From NCBI RefSeq assembly GCF_009914755.1, contig NC_060928.1: DNA of 64,000 nucleotides, one strand, 5' to 3'. A program made the position numbers and the translations under genes. This DNA is from the human T2T-CHM13v2.0 reference genome, Homo sapiens. The notes below the pieces were generated by a model. The model ran no database searches. It was given only the letters and a program-made list of their open reading frames with translations, and had not been told where the DNA came from. Below, in pieces: positions 12,294-26,583 of this stretch; position 1 is the stretch's first letter, and the number at the start of each line of letters is the position of its first letter.

Positions 12294-13854
12294 GCTCATT
12301 TAACAGAACTAGTTTACTGGGCAACCTCAAAAGAAAGCAAAATCATAGCACAGGGTTTAGTAAGTCTTTTCTAGTAACTATAACTTAAATAAAGTTTTTT
12401 TTTCCTATTTTCCTCTCATGGAGGTAAAATAGCCTGTCTGTATTTTATTTCCTTCAGATCACTTTTAAATGATCTTAGCTGGATAACAATTGGAGTGCAG
12501 TCCATTTTTTGGTTTATTTTGCTATTTGTTAGGAAATATTATGGCACTTGTTAACCAACAAAATGAGTTTCTGCTCATTTTTTGTCTTCATCTGTTGCAG
12601 TATGTTCAAGAAAGTTTCTGGAATGTGGAAGGACCACATAGTTCTGAAAAAAAATCTAAATAATTTAGTGAAGAATCTATTTGTAAATCTCCCACATAAC
12701 AAAAAACAAAACTCTTAGACATTTTTATGTTTTCAGAAATTATCCTTCCCAGAAACATGTTCTCTTATTTTATGTAAATGTGGAGATAATAGCTCTTGAG
12801 GGCTGATTACAGAAGATGTTCGGGTGTCTGAAGACATTGGGTTATTTAGTGCAGAGGGAGGCAATGGAGGACAGCCATTGTAAATGGCTTTTTGGGCGGA
12901 TGGAAGTCCATTGCATCTGCCATTTAAAAATCATAAATATTTACATATATTCCTTTGGATTTTAAAGGACAATTTTTATGAAACTATTGTAATTAATCTT
13001 TTCGCGGCATTAGGTCTCCAGATTAAGTAAAATAAAAGCAGAATAAGAAAAATCTAGGCAAAGCTGAAGGCCAAAGTTGGGAGATTTGGGGTCTCTCTGT
13101 TCTCTATTTGAGTCATGTATTCAGAAGAAGGAAAAGAAGGCTTTTTGCACAAACAGGCTGAGACAAAATATTTTTGTTGACTCTCTACACCCAATAATGG
13201 TAGTTTATGAGATGACCAGTATGGCAGGCAGCCCAGCTTCACTCCCAAAGTCCTTGGTTCAACTCCAAGTGACCATTGGTGAACAAGGTCTTCTCACTGT
13301 GTTATTAATTAACCCTGGCAGATCTGCAATGTTTTTATTCCATTGGCAGAAAGTGGGCTTTTCCCTTTGTGTTCTGTTCTAGTCTTGGAGACTGTGCATA
13401 GCTCCACGCCAGCACTCGACTGAAGTCATTAAAATCATTGCATTGGACCCTGCTGCTGACTGCTGATGTTGCAACAGTCTTGGAAACAGTGAAGCTTCAT
13501 CCAGGTGGCATTTGTTTTCTTAAAAAAAGTCACAGAAGGTCCAGTGTCCCCCCTTCTGTTCTAAAATAATGGTTAGAGTTTTTTGTTTTGGTTTATTAAA
13601 TTTATTTGGGAATAGAAAAATTAGAGAATAATGTACCATGATATCTACCTTGTTAATCACCAGAAGAAATTAGATTTGTGGCATATAATTAACACAGGGC
13701 CAAAAAGTTAGAATCACAACACTTTGGAATTGTATGTTTCAATCTCCATATACACACATCATCTTCTTTATATTATCCCCAGAATCTCCACTTGAATCCT
13801 TTTATTAACAAAGATCTTAATTACTCTCTGATACAGCCAGTTTCACATTTAGGG

Positions 13855-14383
<529 letters not shown>

Positions 14384-16406
14384 ACATTTCTTTTTTAATA
14401 CAAATTGCAGTAGTTCGAGTTTTGCCTTTCACTTGACAATAGTTGTTTGGCCTTTAACCATGTTATCCCATGTTCTTACTAGGAAGAGTTTGAGCAATAC
14501 AGTAGGTCTGATGCTCCGCAGACCCATTCTAAGTGTCATTTTCTGGGTTTCTGTCTGCTGTGCTCCAGCCTTGTGCCATTACTACCTTTTGAAGGGGTCA
14601 CACTGACTTCCCTCGGGAGGCTGTTGCCTTCCCAAATATAATGTCACCACAAGCATGGTACACAGAGCCTTCTCTGTGTTCTCCATGACAAAAGCAGAAT
14701 GAAGCTTACAAGTTTTAATGAGACATCACTGGAGACTTGGGGAAACGGATGGAAATCCTAGCAATAAAAAATTTGAAACTAACGTCTAAAAATGGTTGTT
14801 TTGAAATACACAAGACTGAGTCACATGACAGAGCTCTCCTATTGGAGGCCTTTCTACCAAGATTCTGGCTTGCCTCTCAAAGGCAGACCCCAAACTCCCA
14901 CCTTTGCTCCTGGCCTGTTGTCCTGTCTCAGGGCCACCCTACCACTCCCAGCAGGGCAGGCCTTACTCTCACCTATTTCCAGTTTAGTGCCTTAACTGCT
15001 TGTGACTTTGAGGTGAGAAGATGTTTATTTTCTCCTGAGTCTCAAAGTCCTCAATTCTGCTCCAGAGTTTAACTGTACCTAGGATGATGAACTGTGGAAA
15101 CTTCTATGGTATCTGGGGGAAATTTAACATTCCTCTGTTCCCTCAGTAATGTGGACCATAGATTTCTTATAGAATATAATATTCTAATGCTAATATTTTC
15201 CCTGAAGTCAGTCTTTCCTCTATATCAAGGCGAACACCAGGCCTACATTTTTTTCCTGCTAATTTTATTTTAATTTTACAGATATACCCATACTCACTCC
15301 TTGACACACTTATATGAGTATAGAAAATTCAAAATTGATACTTATGAAATAAACATTTCTTTAAAATAATGTCAGTAATCACCACTTTAAGGTGAAGACT
15401 GTACTCTGATCATTGTTTTTCCTTCTGCTTTCAGAGGAATGATCAATCACTAAGAAAATGGCCAATTTTCCTGCATTACACAGAGTGGTTTAACTGCTTA
15501 GGTAACATGTCACAATTTTTCTTCTAGAAGATGGTTTTTACTTAGTTTTTAACATATAAAAAATTTATTAGGGTGGTTTATCTAGGAAAAAATGAGTAAT
15601 TTTATCTTAATATTTAAATTAAAGTCTGTTTCTCACAACAAAAATGCTGCTGGAAATGTGTAATTGAGTCTCTTCTCTTTTCATCATCTATTTAGTAACA
15701 CAAGACTCAATTGGTTCTACATTTAAACTTATTGGCACAAACCAGGTGTTCAATAATTTCTATTTCCCTTTCAAATATTTAAAAACTCTTCCTTCAGTTG
15801 TGTCAAACTTATTTTTCTAAAATTTTTGTTCGTGGATCCTATTTCTGTGCTTTGGGAAGCTATGCTATTTCATAACTTTCAAATTACAGCTTTGCCCAAA
15901 GGTTGGGTTTTTGCAGCTGGAAAAGGGCAGCACAGATTTAACCTTATGCTTTAGTGAGTTTTGAGGCACAAAAGGTGCCAGAGGAAAATAGACACTCACA
16001 CACACCTACATTCTGGGAATGAAATAAAGAACTGGGCTTTTTACAGTCCTGTTTTACTTGAACAGGAGGGAGAGACAAGAAAGTTTGATGGTAAAGTCCT
16101 GCTGACTACTTTGGAAGGGAAGATCTGTAGTTCTTGGTCAAAAACTTTATTCGGTGCATGAAATGTTACACATTTCATCATCCAGAAATTTGGACCAATC
16201 CGAGGCACAACGATTTGCACAATTTCTGTAACTTTTCTCTTTGTAGCTTCTTTCTCTACCAATATTTGCCAGAGAGAAGAGGGCCTTACACGGAGGGTCT
16301 TCCTCAGATGCCACATTGACGCTAAGGATGGGCTACTGTCTTTGCATCTCATCACTTTACTTAACAAAGTGTCACTCCCTCGAAGTCCTATTAGCCATCT
16401 ATCTCT

Positions 16407-16444
16407 CATCCATCCATCCATCCATCCATCCATCCATCCATCCA
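16407..16444. repeat. (CATC)n microsatellite
   Basis: About nine CATC units, read directly. Confidence 0.95.
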
Positions 16445-16739
16445 TTCAACCATTGATTATTCATGATCTGGTCAACTCTTTGAATGTCTTGGTAGCTTAC
16501 ACTATTACTCTTCTTAAAATGATCATGTCTTAAGCTATGGAATTGATCTCTATAAGGATTCCCTTTTATTTTATTCTATTATATAAGCTGCCCTGTTCAC
16601 TTTCAAGCATTTCTTTCAATATAGACACAGATGGCCCATTGTTAAATTGTAGAATAACTGCAAGCTATGAGGGATAGCAAAAACAGTAGATACTATTTTC
16701 ATTATTTAAATAATTTCCACAAGTTAGATTTAATAGATC

Positions 16740-17735
16740 AATAGGGACAAATATAAAATTTAATAGAAGTTTACTTGAAAAAATATAGACCTATATTTTT
16801 GCTTAAAGGATTAATTATAGATACAAGTTGGGGTAATAAGACTAAGCGGCAGAATCTATAAAAGAGATTTCAGAATTTTTGTTGACTATATTTAATTCTA
16901 TAATAAGGCTTTTAAAATTATGCCATTTTAGTCTACATTGTAAGAGGCAGTAACATCTGGAGAAAAGGAGGTTTTCATATGCCTCTCTGTTTGCCTAGAC
17001 AAGACTTGGAACATTGCACTTACTTCTGGGTAGTTTGCTTTATGGAGATATTGACAAACAATGTATGCAGAGCAGAGTGAATAAAATAGTACAATCACGG
17101 AAGGACTAACATAGGAGGCATAATGGAAGGAACTGGGTACAGTTAGTGGGAAAAAGAGTAGACTTATACAGATATGACCCCTACTTTAAATATGTAAAAG
17201 GCTGTTATTTGATATAGCAATATGACAAAAACCTTAACATTTTCAAATCTGGGTTTGAAACACAGCTTTGCTATTTATGTGCTCTCAGGCAAGTTATTTA
17301 ATCTCTATCAGCCCTTTTTATTATCAAGAAAACATAGGGATAATAGAAGCTAACAACAGCTCGGGTTAGTCATGAAGATTAAGTGAAGAAACCTAGGTGG
17401 AACGCCTGTTGTCATGCCCGGCTCATATGGAGTCCTCAGCAAGTGGTAGTGAGAGTTCCTGTGGTTGTTTTTGTTAATATTCTAGATAGCAGAAACAATA
17501 TCAAAGAGAGTAAATTACAAGGAGATTGCCCTTAATATGTATGAGAATACAGTAATAAATTTATTAATAAGAAATTAATATAAGAAAAATGTTTCTAAAA
17601 TTATCAATTGATAATAAATAGTAAGCTCTCCATTGCCACAAGTGTGGGAACCAAGATTGGATAACTGCTTCTCCAGTGTTAAGTGGTAACTGGACTGTAT
17701 GAACTCTCTGGTGCTTTTCAACTCTGAGCTTCTAC
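16740..17735 (+). mobile_element. CR1/L3 fragment interrupted by a MIR
   Basis: AGATACAAGTTGGGG, GACTTGGAACATTGCACTTACTTCTGGG, GGAGATATTGACAAAC, GGAAGGAACTGGG; tail TGGACTGTATGAACTCTCTGG...CAACTCTGAG. Confidence 0.65.
17215..17450 (+). mobile_element. MIR
   Basis: CTGGGTTTGAAAC...GGCAAGTTATTTAATCTCT...GAAGATTAAGTGAAG...CCCGGCTCATATGG. Confidence 0.7.
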
Positions 17736-20200
17736 AAACTTCTTTGAACAGGATGTTTAGAAGCAAAATAAATTATGATTTGTGCACAATTATAAGAATT
17801 AATTTTCTGGATGATATTATTTGGCAAAGTTATAACTTAAAATTGCTTCTTCTGCTCTAAGCCCAGTTTGGCTTGGACTTCCAGAGCACATTTGCTATTT
17901 ATTAATATGCTATCAGACAAGTTACTATCAGGCGTCAGCAAAGTCTTACTTAATTGGGTATACTTTTTTTGTTGTTCTTTGCAATAATATTCAGAAAATA
18001 TTTAGGATGCTTCAAAATGAGGCTTTAGGTTGAAGAAAATCTAAATTTGGAAAAGTAACACACTTTCAAAATAAGCCTTATTTTAGTAGAAATGAAATAA
18101 AATATTAAATATTTTAATAGAAATGAAATACAGCCTGACCAGGCTTCTCCTGGCATAAACATTAACACTCTAAAAACACACAGATATTGGCAATAAAAAC
18201 CAATGCTTATTATTATTAATATATTTATTACTTTTATTTTCTCTAATATTTTCTAATGATATAAACAAATGCCATTGTTGATAATTACAGAGAAGGTTAT
18301 AATAAAATACATGGCAACAACAATGATGATGTGTCTTATCATCTCATACTTGGTTAGATGAAACATTATTGGATTTAAGAATAAATGTTTTAACAAAATT
18401 TGTTATCTATGTAATAGGCAATTAATAAAAAAAAATTGTGTATCTCAAAGTCTATTCATTTACCCCTCTTAAGAACAGAACTACTATTAAGACTTGTTGA
18501 TCGTGAACTGCATTTTTATATCATGTCCTCATAAAGACTCTGTGCCATGGCTGAGAGAAGAAGGTTTTAGAAAGCTACCCTTGCTGGTCTGCCTTTAGGT
18601 AAATTTAAAATTTCTGTCTTCCCTGGGTTGCTTTCTTTTTTTCATTTATTCTACATTTTTTTTTCCAGAAAATACATTTATAGTAGAAAACCCAATGAAA
18701 TTAGTGAAGACTGGAATACAATTTATTCAGTCGTAATTACCAAATAATGAGCTGCAATCCAGGGCAAATTTCAAAAGTCTTTTTAAGGGAAACACTAAAA
18801 TTATTAACAAATGCAAAGTAAAACATTAAGTATATTACTTCTTAATGAATGTGTGAGACGTGTCTTCAAAATAATCCTAAAGGAAACAAGAGAGTGTAAG
18901 AATATGAAGGTAGCCTGAAAAGACTTATTTTTCTCTACTAAGTGATCTGCTTCCTAGGAACACTTTGGTTATTTTCCCACACACACTCCTGGTCACGAAG
19001 AAAAGAGTACAAGAAAAGAGACCATTTGGATTTTGTGATTAGATAGAGACTTTTCCTGAAGGGTTGCTTCTGAAAAAAAGTTGCAATCATTAAGATAACT
19101 TAGGGGTAACCTTAATTGTATGCTTCCTTCTATCAGCTCTCATCTCTAGAGATCTGCTTACTTTGTAGTGGAACCTAAATGAACTTTCAGATACACTGAA
19201 ACTTGAAACTTTCACTCACATTCATATTATTTTCAACAGGAAAACATAGGAAACTAGAACTTTTCTTGCTCCCAACTCATTACATTTAAAGTGCACCTTG
19301 GTCTTCAGGGCAAAGTGAGTGTTAAATTCATATTTTCACATATATGCTTTCTATAAGTATGTTTGAAGATATATCTTTGATATATTGCTGTTGCTTTTAT
19401 GTAAACATAAGATCCAATTACCTCATATATCAAACTTGTTATGTTTATTGATATTGCACTCTTGTTCTAATATTTTTTACTACTCTGAATATTTATCCCA
19501 TAAGTCTATTAATATTTTATCATGTCAGATGGACAATGATTAAAAATAAAACCAGCATCTATCTGTTAACCCAAGCTCCTTTCTTCACTTTCTTTCAATC
19601 TAGCATCAAACTTAAAAGCATGTATTGCACTGCTCACTTTTAAGTTTATAAAGTTAATTTGACTATTTAAAATAGTTGAACATAATGAAAAAATGAAAAC
19701 TCTAAGAATAAAGACCCACCCAAAACTCTCACAAGAGCAGACCAATTACACATACATATAAAAACTTAATTGCATTATGCCCCCAAAATATTAAGCAAGT
19801 AAAGTAGAAGCATTTAGATAAAACCTTCCAACTACTTTATGTACAGCAACTCGTATGACTTCTTTTTTACTTAGAATTCAATCTATTGAGTTCCACAATA
19901 GGAATCATAGACTCATGACATTGCATTAGAACTAAGCTTAACTTGAGTATTTTCACTCTGAAAAATATATCCAAGACAAATGGCTTTGTTTGTACACCAA
20001 AACACATGGGAATTTTACTTAAAAGAGAAAAATTGAAAAAAAAAACCAGTGCCTTCAACAGTAAAATGGATAATTGCAATATACTCATTAAACAATATGA
20101 AATACCTATAAAAATAATAAACTGTTGTTATAAGCAGCAACTTATATAAATCTCACCAGACATAGTGATGAACAAAGCAACCAGAAACAAAAGAGTGCAT

Positions 20201-23050
20201 ATTAAAGAAGAAATCACAAGAGGAATTAGCAAATTAAAAACAATTCATTTGAGATAAATGAAAACAAAAAACACAATACAGTTGATCCTTAAACAATACG
20301 CGTTTAAACTGCATGGGTCCACTTAGACACAGAGTTTCCTGTGCTGCCGTCACCCCTGAGACAGCAAGACCAACCCCTTCTCTTCCTCCTTCTCTTCAAC
20401 CTACTCAATGTGCAAGCGACAAGGATGAAGACCTTTATGATGATCCACTGACACTTAATGAATAGTGAATATATTTTCTCTTTCTTACAATTTAATAATA
20501 TTTTCTTTTCTCTAGCTTACTTTATTGTAAGAATACAGTACATAATACACATAACATAAAATATGTGTTAATGAATGGTTTATGTTATCGGTAAGGCTTC
20601 TGGTCAACAGTAGGCCATTAGTAGTTAAGTTTTCAGGTAGTCAAACTTACACATGAATTTTTACTGCGCAGGGGGTTGGCACCCCTAACACTTGTGTTGT
20701 TTCAGGGCTCACTGTATACCAAACTTTATAGAATGCAACTGAATCAGTGCTTACAGGAAAACTTAGAGCTGTAAACGTCTGGATTAAAAAAGAAAGATCT
20801 TAAATCAATAACCAAAACTTTCATTTTGAGAAAGTAAAAAAAGAAGAGAGAACTAAACTCAAAGCAAGCAAAAGAGAGGATATGTTAAAGATTAGGGTCG
20901 AAACAAATGAAATAGAGAGTTAAAAAATAGAGAAAATTAATGAAACCAATAACTGGTTCTCAAAGTCCTCAATAAAATAATAGCAAACCGAGTCCAGAAA
21001 CATTGAAAAAAGAATACATATCATGAGCATGTGAGATTTATCTCAACAATGCAAAGTTGGTTGAACATGTGAAGATCAATCAATGTAATAACACTACATT
21101 AACAGAATAAAGAACACGAACACATGATAATTTTAATATGTAAAAAATCATTTCACAAAATCTGGTATCATTTCATGATTAACAAAAAAACACTTAACAA
21201 ACTCAGAGTAGTAGAAGGGAACTTGACTTGATAAAAATTATGTACAAAAATCCCTCAGCTAACACTATATTTAGTGGTTAAAGACTGGTTGCTTTCCCCC
21301 AAAAGCAGAACTCAAAACAAGAATGACTACTATTATTACTTCTATTCAATATTTTACTGGCAGTTCTAGCCAGGAAATTAGTCAAGGAAAAGAAATACAT
21401 CTTATCAGATGCAAAGAAAACGTTAAACCATCTCTCTTTGTAGATGACATGATCTTGTATACAGAAAATCCCAAGAAATTGACTATAAAAACCTATTATA
21501 ACTAATAAACCAGTTTAGCAAAGTTGCTATATTGATCTTAGTAAATAAGATCAATATACAGAAGTCAATATTTCTATATACCAGCAATAAACTATCCAAA
21601 AATAAAATTGAGAAAACAATTTCATTTATAATAGCATAAAAAGCAATAAAATTTTTAGAAATAACTTTAACAAAATAAATGAAAGACTTCCATGCTGAAA
21701 CATAAATCATCATTAAAAGAAATTAAAGAAGACATAAACAAATAGAAAGCATCTATATTTAAGGACTAGAAGATAATATTGTTAAGATGGCAATGCTCCC
21801 CGAATTAATCTACAGATTCAACCCAAACGCTATCAAAATATTGGCTGACAACTTTATACAGAAATGCAAGGGACCCCAAATTGGCAAAAACAATCTTGTA
21901 AAAGAGAAACAAATTTGGGGAATTTACACTTCCTGATTTCAAAATTTACTACAAAGTTACAGTGATTAAGAGTATGATGCTAACATAAGAATAGACATAT
22001 AGATCAACAAAGGGGAGGGAAGAATAGAAAAATAAACAAATTGTTGTGGAACAACTAGATCTATGTACGCAAAAGAATAAAATTAAACCCCTGCCTTGCA
22101 CTGTATATAAGAATTCACTCAGAATGAGTGATAGATAGGAATGTAACCGCTAAAAACCCTGACACTTCTAGAGGAAAGCATAGGAGTGACTCTTGATGAC
22201 CTTGGGTTAGACAAATAAAAATGGCAACAAATTTAAATAGATATATCTCTGAAGAAGATATACAAATGGCTAATAGGCACATTAAAAAGGTGCTCAAAAT
22301 TGTTAGTTATTAGGGAAATAAAAACCAAAAACCACAATGAGTTATCACTTCACACTCACTCAATGGCTATAATAAAAAAGACAGACAATAACGTATTGAT
22401 GAGAATGGGAAGAAATTGAAACCCTCTATTATTGCTGGTAGGAATATAAAATGGAACAGTAATTTCAGGAAACAATTTGGCATTCCTCAAAAAGTAAACA
22501 CAGACTTACCATAAGACTCAAGAATTCTACTCCTAGGTAGAATTCTACCCAAGAAAAAATTGAAAACATACGTCTTCATAAAAACTTGTACCACAAATGT
22601 TCATAGCAGCATTATTCATAATAGCCAAAAAGTGTAAACAACCCAAATGCTTATCAACAAAGGAATGGATAAACAAAATATATTTTCTTCATGCAATGAA
22701 ATACCATTCAGTCATAAAAAGGAATGAAATACTGATACATGCTACAGCGTGGATGAACCTTGAATACATTATGCAAAATTAAAGAAGCCAGGCACAAGAG
22801 GCTACATATTGTATGATAACATTTACACGAATTGTCTAGAATGGGCAAATCTATAGAGACAAAATAGATTAGGGGTTGTTAGGTGCTGGGGGAAGGAGAT
22901 AATGAGAATTAACTACTAAAAGGTACCGGGATCTTTTTGGGTAATAAAAATATTCTGGTATTAGGTAGTGGTTCATGCCTGCACACATTTATGAATATAT
23001 TAGAGACTACTAAATTATGGTTATATATTTTTTTAAAAATAAAAAATAAA
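20201..23050 (+). mobile_element. L1MB-type LINE-1 (deleted ORF2 + 3' UTR)
   Basis: RT remnant SLFVDDMILYTENPK (ORF 21323-21505), MFIAALFIIAKK (22597-22782), L1MB 3' UTR GGCAAATCTATAGAGACA. Confidence 0.88.
20279..20714 (+). mobile_element. Tigger2a (MER28) DNA transposon, full length
   Basis: TIRs CAGTTGATCCTTAAACAA / TTGTTTCAGGGCTCACTG with TA duplications; internal GATGAAGACCTTTATGATGATCCAC. Confidence 0.92.
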
Positions 23051-24421
23051 CTAAAATCAAAAGAATACCTACTTTATGATTCCTTTTATATAAACTATGA
23101 TAGTAAGCATAAAAACAATCGGTGATGATAGAAATCAGAAAAATGGCTCCCGCTGGGGGTTACTGACCTTGGGAAGCATGAGGTACCTTCTGGGGTGTTG
23201 GAAATGATCTCTTCCTTTTTCTGAATACTGGTAAAGATATATACCTGTGTATGTCACTATTTATATCTGAGATATATATGTAAAACTATTTTATATATGT
23301 CATTGTGTTACACACTTAAGATGTACATACTTTACTATATGTATAACAAAATATTTTAAACAATTTAAAGCTTTCATGTTAACGATAAATATTACATTTA
23401 TTTGTAAGAGTCACATTTGTAGGTCTTAGAAAAAGTAAAAGTACAAAAAGTACAAGTGGATACAAAAGTCAAATTTTATTATGTGATTCATAATTTATTT
23501 TGCAAAGAGACAGTTTCATCTCTGACACACAGTGGATGCTTAATTCAAGGCAATCTCCTTCTCTCCTTCTTCCCTTTTCTCCTTTTATATTTATTTATTC
23601 TTATGCTGAGAATGCTTTGATAATGCAGGCCTGTTTGCATTACAAATGATTTCCCTTTCCATCTCTAAATTCTCCTTACAAATGGCAAAAAAAATCATCG
23701 AATTGATAATATCACTACCCGTTTATTATTTAAAGAAATGAAAAGTGAATAGAAAAGATAGTACTGGTAACAGCACAAAAAATAACCTCATAAATAATGA
23801 AATATACTGGTCTCTGCATATTGAACATCTGGAGAGTACAAACTGTTTCTGCTTATCACAATAATTACTTATTAAATATTACATTTATAAAATGAGCAAT
23901 ATGCTTGCCAATTACTACAAATATAACTAATCTTTGCAGGACTAAAATAGCCTTTGTTTATAATGACAAAATTTCTATGCTTAATTAGGTTTTAATTATC
24001 ATTAGGCATTTTTTAAATTAACATTTGGCTTCAGTTTCTCAATGACTCAGCTCTGAGACTATTAATATTGATTAATTTTGATTGAAATGTTCCAAGAAAC
24101 CTCTTCTTAATAGATGTGATCACAGAGAGGAGCTCTTTTGTTTTTTCTATTTTTTAAGTTTTGGCATGACTGAAAAGATCATTATATGTCTGTATTTTGC
24201 TTAAGGATAATTTCAACACATATCACAAAGAAAAATAAAAATCAAACCCCCAAAATATATAAAATTTCTATATAGTCTTTGTAATTTAAAACAATATGAT
24301 TCTAGAAATTGTGTTCTATGATAATTTATTTGTAGACAACAAACATAAGTATTCTACTGACAAAAAATTGTCACACTATGATATTGCAGATACACATATG
24401 TACTAATTTAATTCACAGTCA

Positions 24422-25178
24422 GTGGTAGTTTTAATGTGTCCGCTTGACTGGGCTGGACAATACTCAGACAGCTGCCGATACATTATTTCTGGGCATGTCT
24501 GTGAAGGTGTTTCCAGAGAGATTAGCATTTGAATTGGTGAACTGAGTAAAGCAAATGGCTCTCCCCAGTGTGACTGGACATCACCTAATCCATTGAGGAC
24601 CCAAACAGAACAAAAAGACTGAGGAAGGGCCAGCTCTCTGTGTTTTAGCTGGACTATCCACCTTCTCCTGACCTCAAACCCAGGTGCTCTTTGTCCATGG
24701 ACCTTTGGGCTTAGAATGGAACTGGGCCTCCAGTTTGCAGATGACAGATCCTGGGACTTCTCAGCCTCTATACTTTCATGAGTCAAGTCCTCATAATAAA
24801 TCTCTTTCTATATATCTGTACACAACCCGCCCTCCCATCCATGGGTTCTGTATCTGCAGATTCAGCCAACTGAAGATCAAAAATTTTCAAAAAAATAAAA
24901 AATAACAATATATCAATACAAAATAACACAAAACAATAAAGTATAACATTGTTACACAGCAGGTACATTGTATTAGTTATTATAAGTAATCTAGAGATGA
25001 TTTAAAGAATATAGGAGGATATGTGTAGGTTATATGCAAATACCACATCATTTTATATAAAGGACTTAAGCATCCCAGGATTTGGGGATCCACAGGGCAG
25101 TCCTGGAACCAATCCCTTGCAGATACCAAGAAACAAGTATATATCCTACTGGTTCCGTTTCTCTGGAGACCCAATACA
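24422..25178 (+). mobile_element. MLT2 (B/D-type) ERVL solo LTR interrupted by MER2
   Basis: TTTTAATGTGTCCGCTTGACTGGGC...GAGATTAGCATTTGAATTGG...; resumes ATCCTACTGGTTCCGTTTCTCTGGAGA. Confidence 0.85.
24823..25139 (+). mobile_element. MER2 DNA transposon
   Basis: CCATGGGTTCTGTATCTGCAGATTCAGCCAAC...GTAATCTAGAGATGATTTAAAG...GTCCTGGAACCAATCCC. Confidence 0.88.
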
Positions 25179-25229
25179 CACTTTTTTGTTTAAATGTATC
25201 AAATATGAGAATTTTTAGTAGCAAAAAAA

Positions 25230-25531
25230 TTTTCCTTTTTTTTTCTTTATTTCTTCTACAAAAAAATAAAAAACAGAATCCACCTGCAGAGAGTGCAGGT
25301 TTGTTACATAGGTACACGTGTGCCATGTGGTTTGCTGCACCTATTGACCTGTCCTCTGAGTTCCCTCCCCTAACCTCCCCGCCCCCCCCACAGGCCCTGG
25401 TGTGTGATGTTCCCCTCACTGTGTCCATGTGTTCTCAATGTTCAAAACTCCCACTTATGAGTGAGAACATGCAGTGTTTGATTTTCTGTTCCTGTCTTAG
25501 TTTGTGAGGATGATGGCTTCCAGCTTCATCC
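25230..25531 (-). mobile_element. L1PA8-like 3' UTR fragment
   Basis: TTTATTTCTTCTACAAAAAA...GCAGGTTTGTTACATAGG...GAGAACATGCAGTGTTTG; TSD-like AGCAAAAA...TTTTC both sides. Confidence 0.85.
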
Positions 25532-25966
25532 TCAGCAAAAAGTGTTTTCTAGTCAAATCTTTAACAAGACTTCAGAAAGCACTTACGTTTATACAATTGA
25601 ATAGCCAAACTTAGAATTGACTTATAGCAATTTTTAAAAAATAGAATTATACTGTTATGGTTTAAAATAGCAGATAACCAAAATAAAAAAAATCTTTTCA
25701 AATTTTACTTTGAGGAATGTTGGGTTTTATATACATATTACCTTTTCCTTGCCCACCTGTATAAATGTTAGAGGAAAGAAAGGATGCTGAATTTATGTAT
25801 ATTAATGTAATGATATCATTATAGATGTTATAGAGTATATTTTTAATGTATAATTAAATAATAGGCAAAGGTGGGAAATTGTAACTAGTCATACCTAAAT
25901 GTAGGAAACTATAAGCTTCTTGCCTGAGACAATGTCTACTGGGAGCCTATAATTTCAGAATCAATT

Positions 25967-26105
25967 TCCTCCTTCTTTCCCTCCCTCCCTCCGTCCCTCC
26001 GTCCCTCCCTCCCTCCCTCCAACCCTCTCTCTCTCCTTCCTGCCCTTCCTTCCATCCTGCCTTTTGTCCATTCTTTCCTTTTTTCTTCATTTATTTTCTT
26101 TCTCT
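25967..26105. repeat. CT-rich low complexity / (CCCT)n
   Basis: Read directly. Confidence 0.85.
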
Positions 26106-26287
26106 CATCACCTTCACCTCCTCCATTACATTTTGTAATTGTTGATATGTTTGGTCATGTGCTGGATCTAAGTTATAGGTTTAGATAATCCCAAACACTC
26201 ATTAAATTATTCCCAACTTGATTTTTTTAATAGATAAAAACAAAGTCATTTTACTACGCATAAAACAGACATTAAACCTGCAATTAT

Positions 26288-26583
26288 GGCCGGGTGTGGT
26301 GGCTCAGAGCTGTAATCCCAGCACTTTGGGAGGCCAAGGCGGGTGAATCAGGAGGTCAGGGGTTTGAGACCAGCCTGGCCAACGTGGTGAAACCATATCT
26401 CTACTGAAAATACAAAAATTAGCGGGGTGTGGTGGTGTGCACCTGTAATCCCAGCTACTTGGGAGGCTGAGCCAGGAGAATCGCTTGAACCTGGAGGCGG
26501 AGTTTACAGTGAGCCTATACTACTCCATTGCACTCCAGCCTGGGTGACAGAGCAAGACTCCATCTCCGAACAAACAAACAAAC
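26288..26583 (+). mobile_element. AluS (Sg-like), full length
   Basis: GGCCGGGTGTGGTGGCTCA...; (CAAA)n tail; TSD-like AAACCTGCAATTAT / AAACCCTGCAAATAT. Confidence 0.95.

Larger units (their letters stand above)
20045..23360 (+). mobile_element. L1ME-type 3' end split by a younger L1MB (pieces ~20045-20200 and ~23055-23360)
   Basis: Left piece ends CCAGAAACAAAAGAGTGCATA; resumes AAAAGAATACCTACTTTATGATTCC...TTCTGGGGTGTTGGAAATG. Confidence 0.55.

Noticed and set aside
16041-16445. 134-aa minus-strand ORF starting MDGWMDGW
   Set aside because: Start derives from the (GATG)n microsatellite; no recognisable domain
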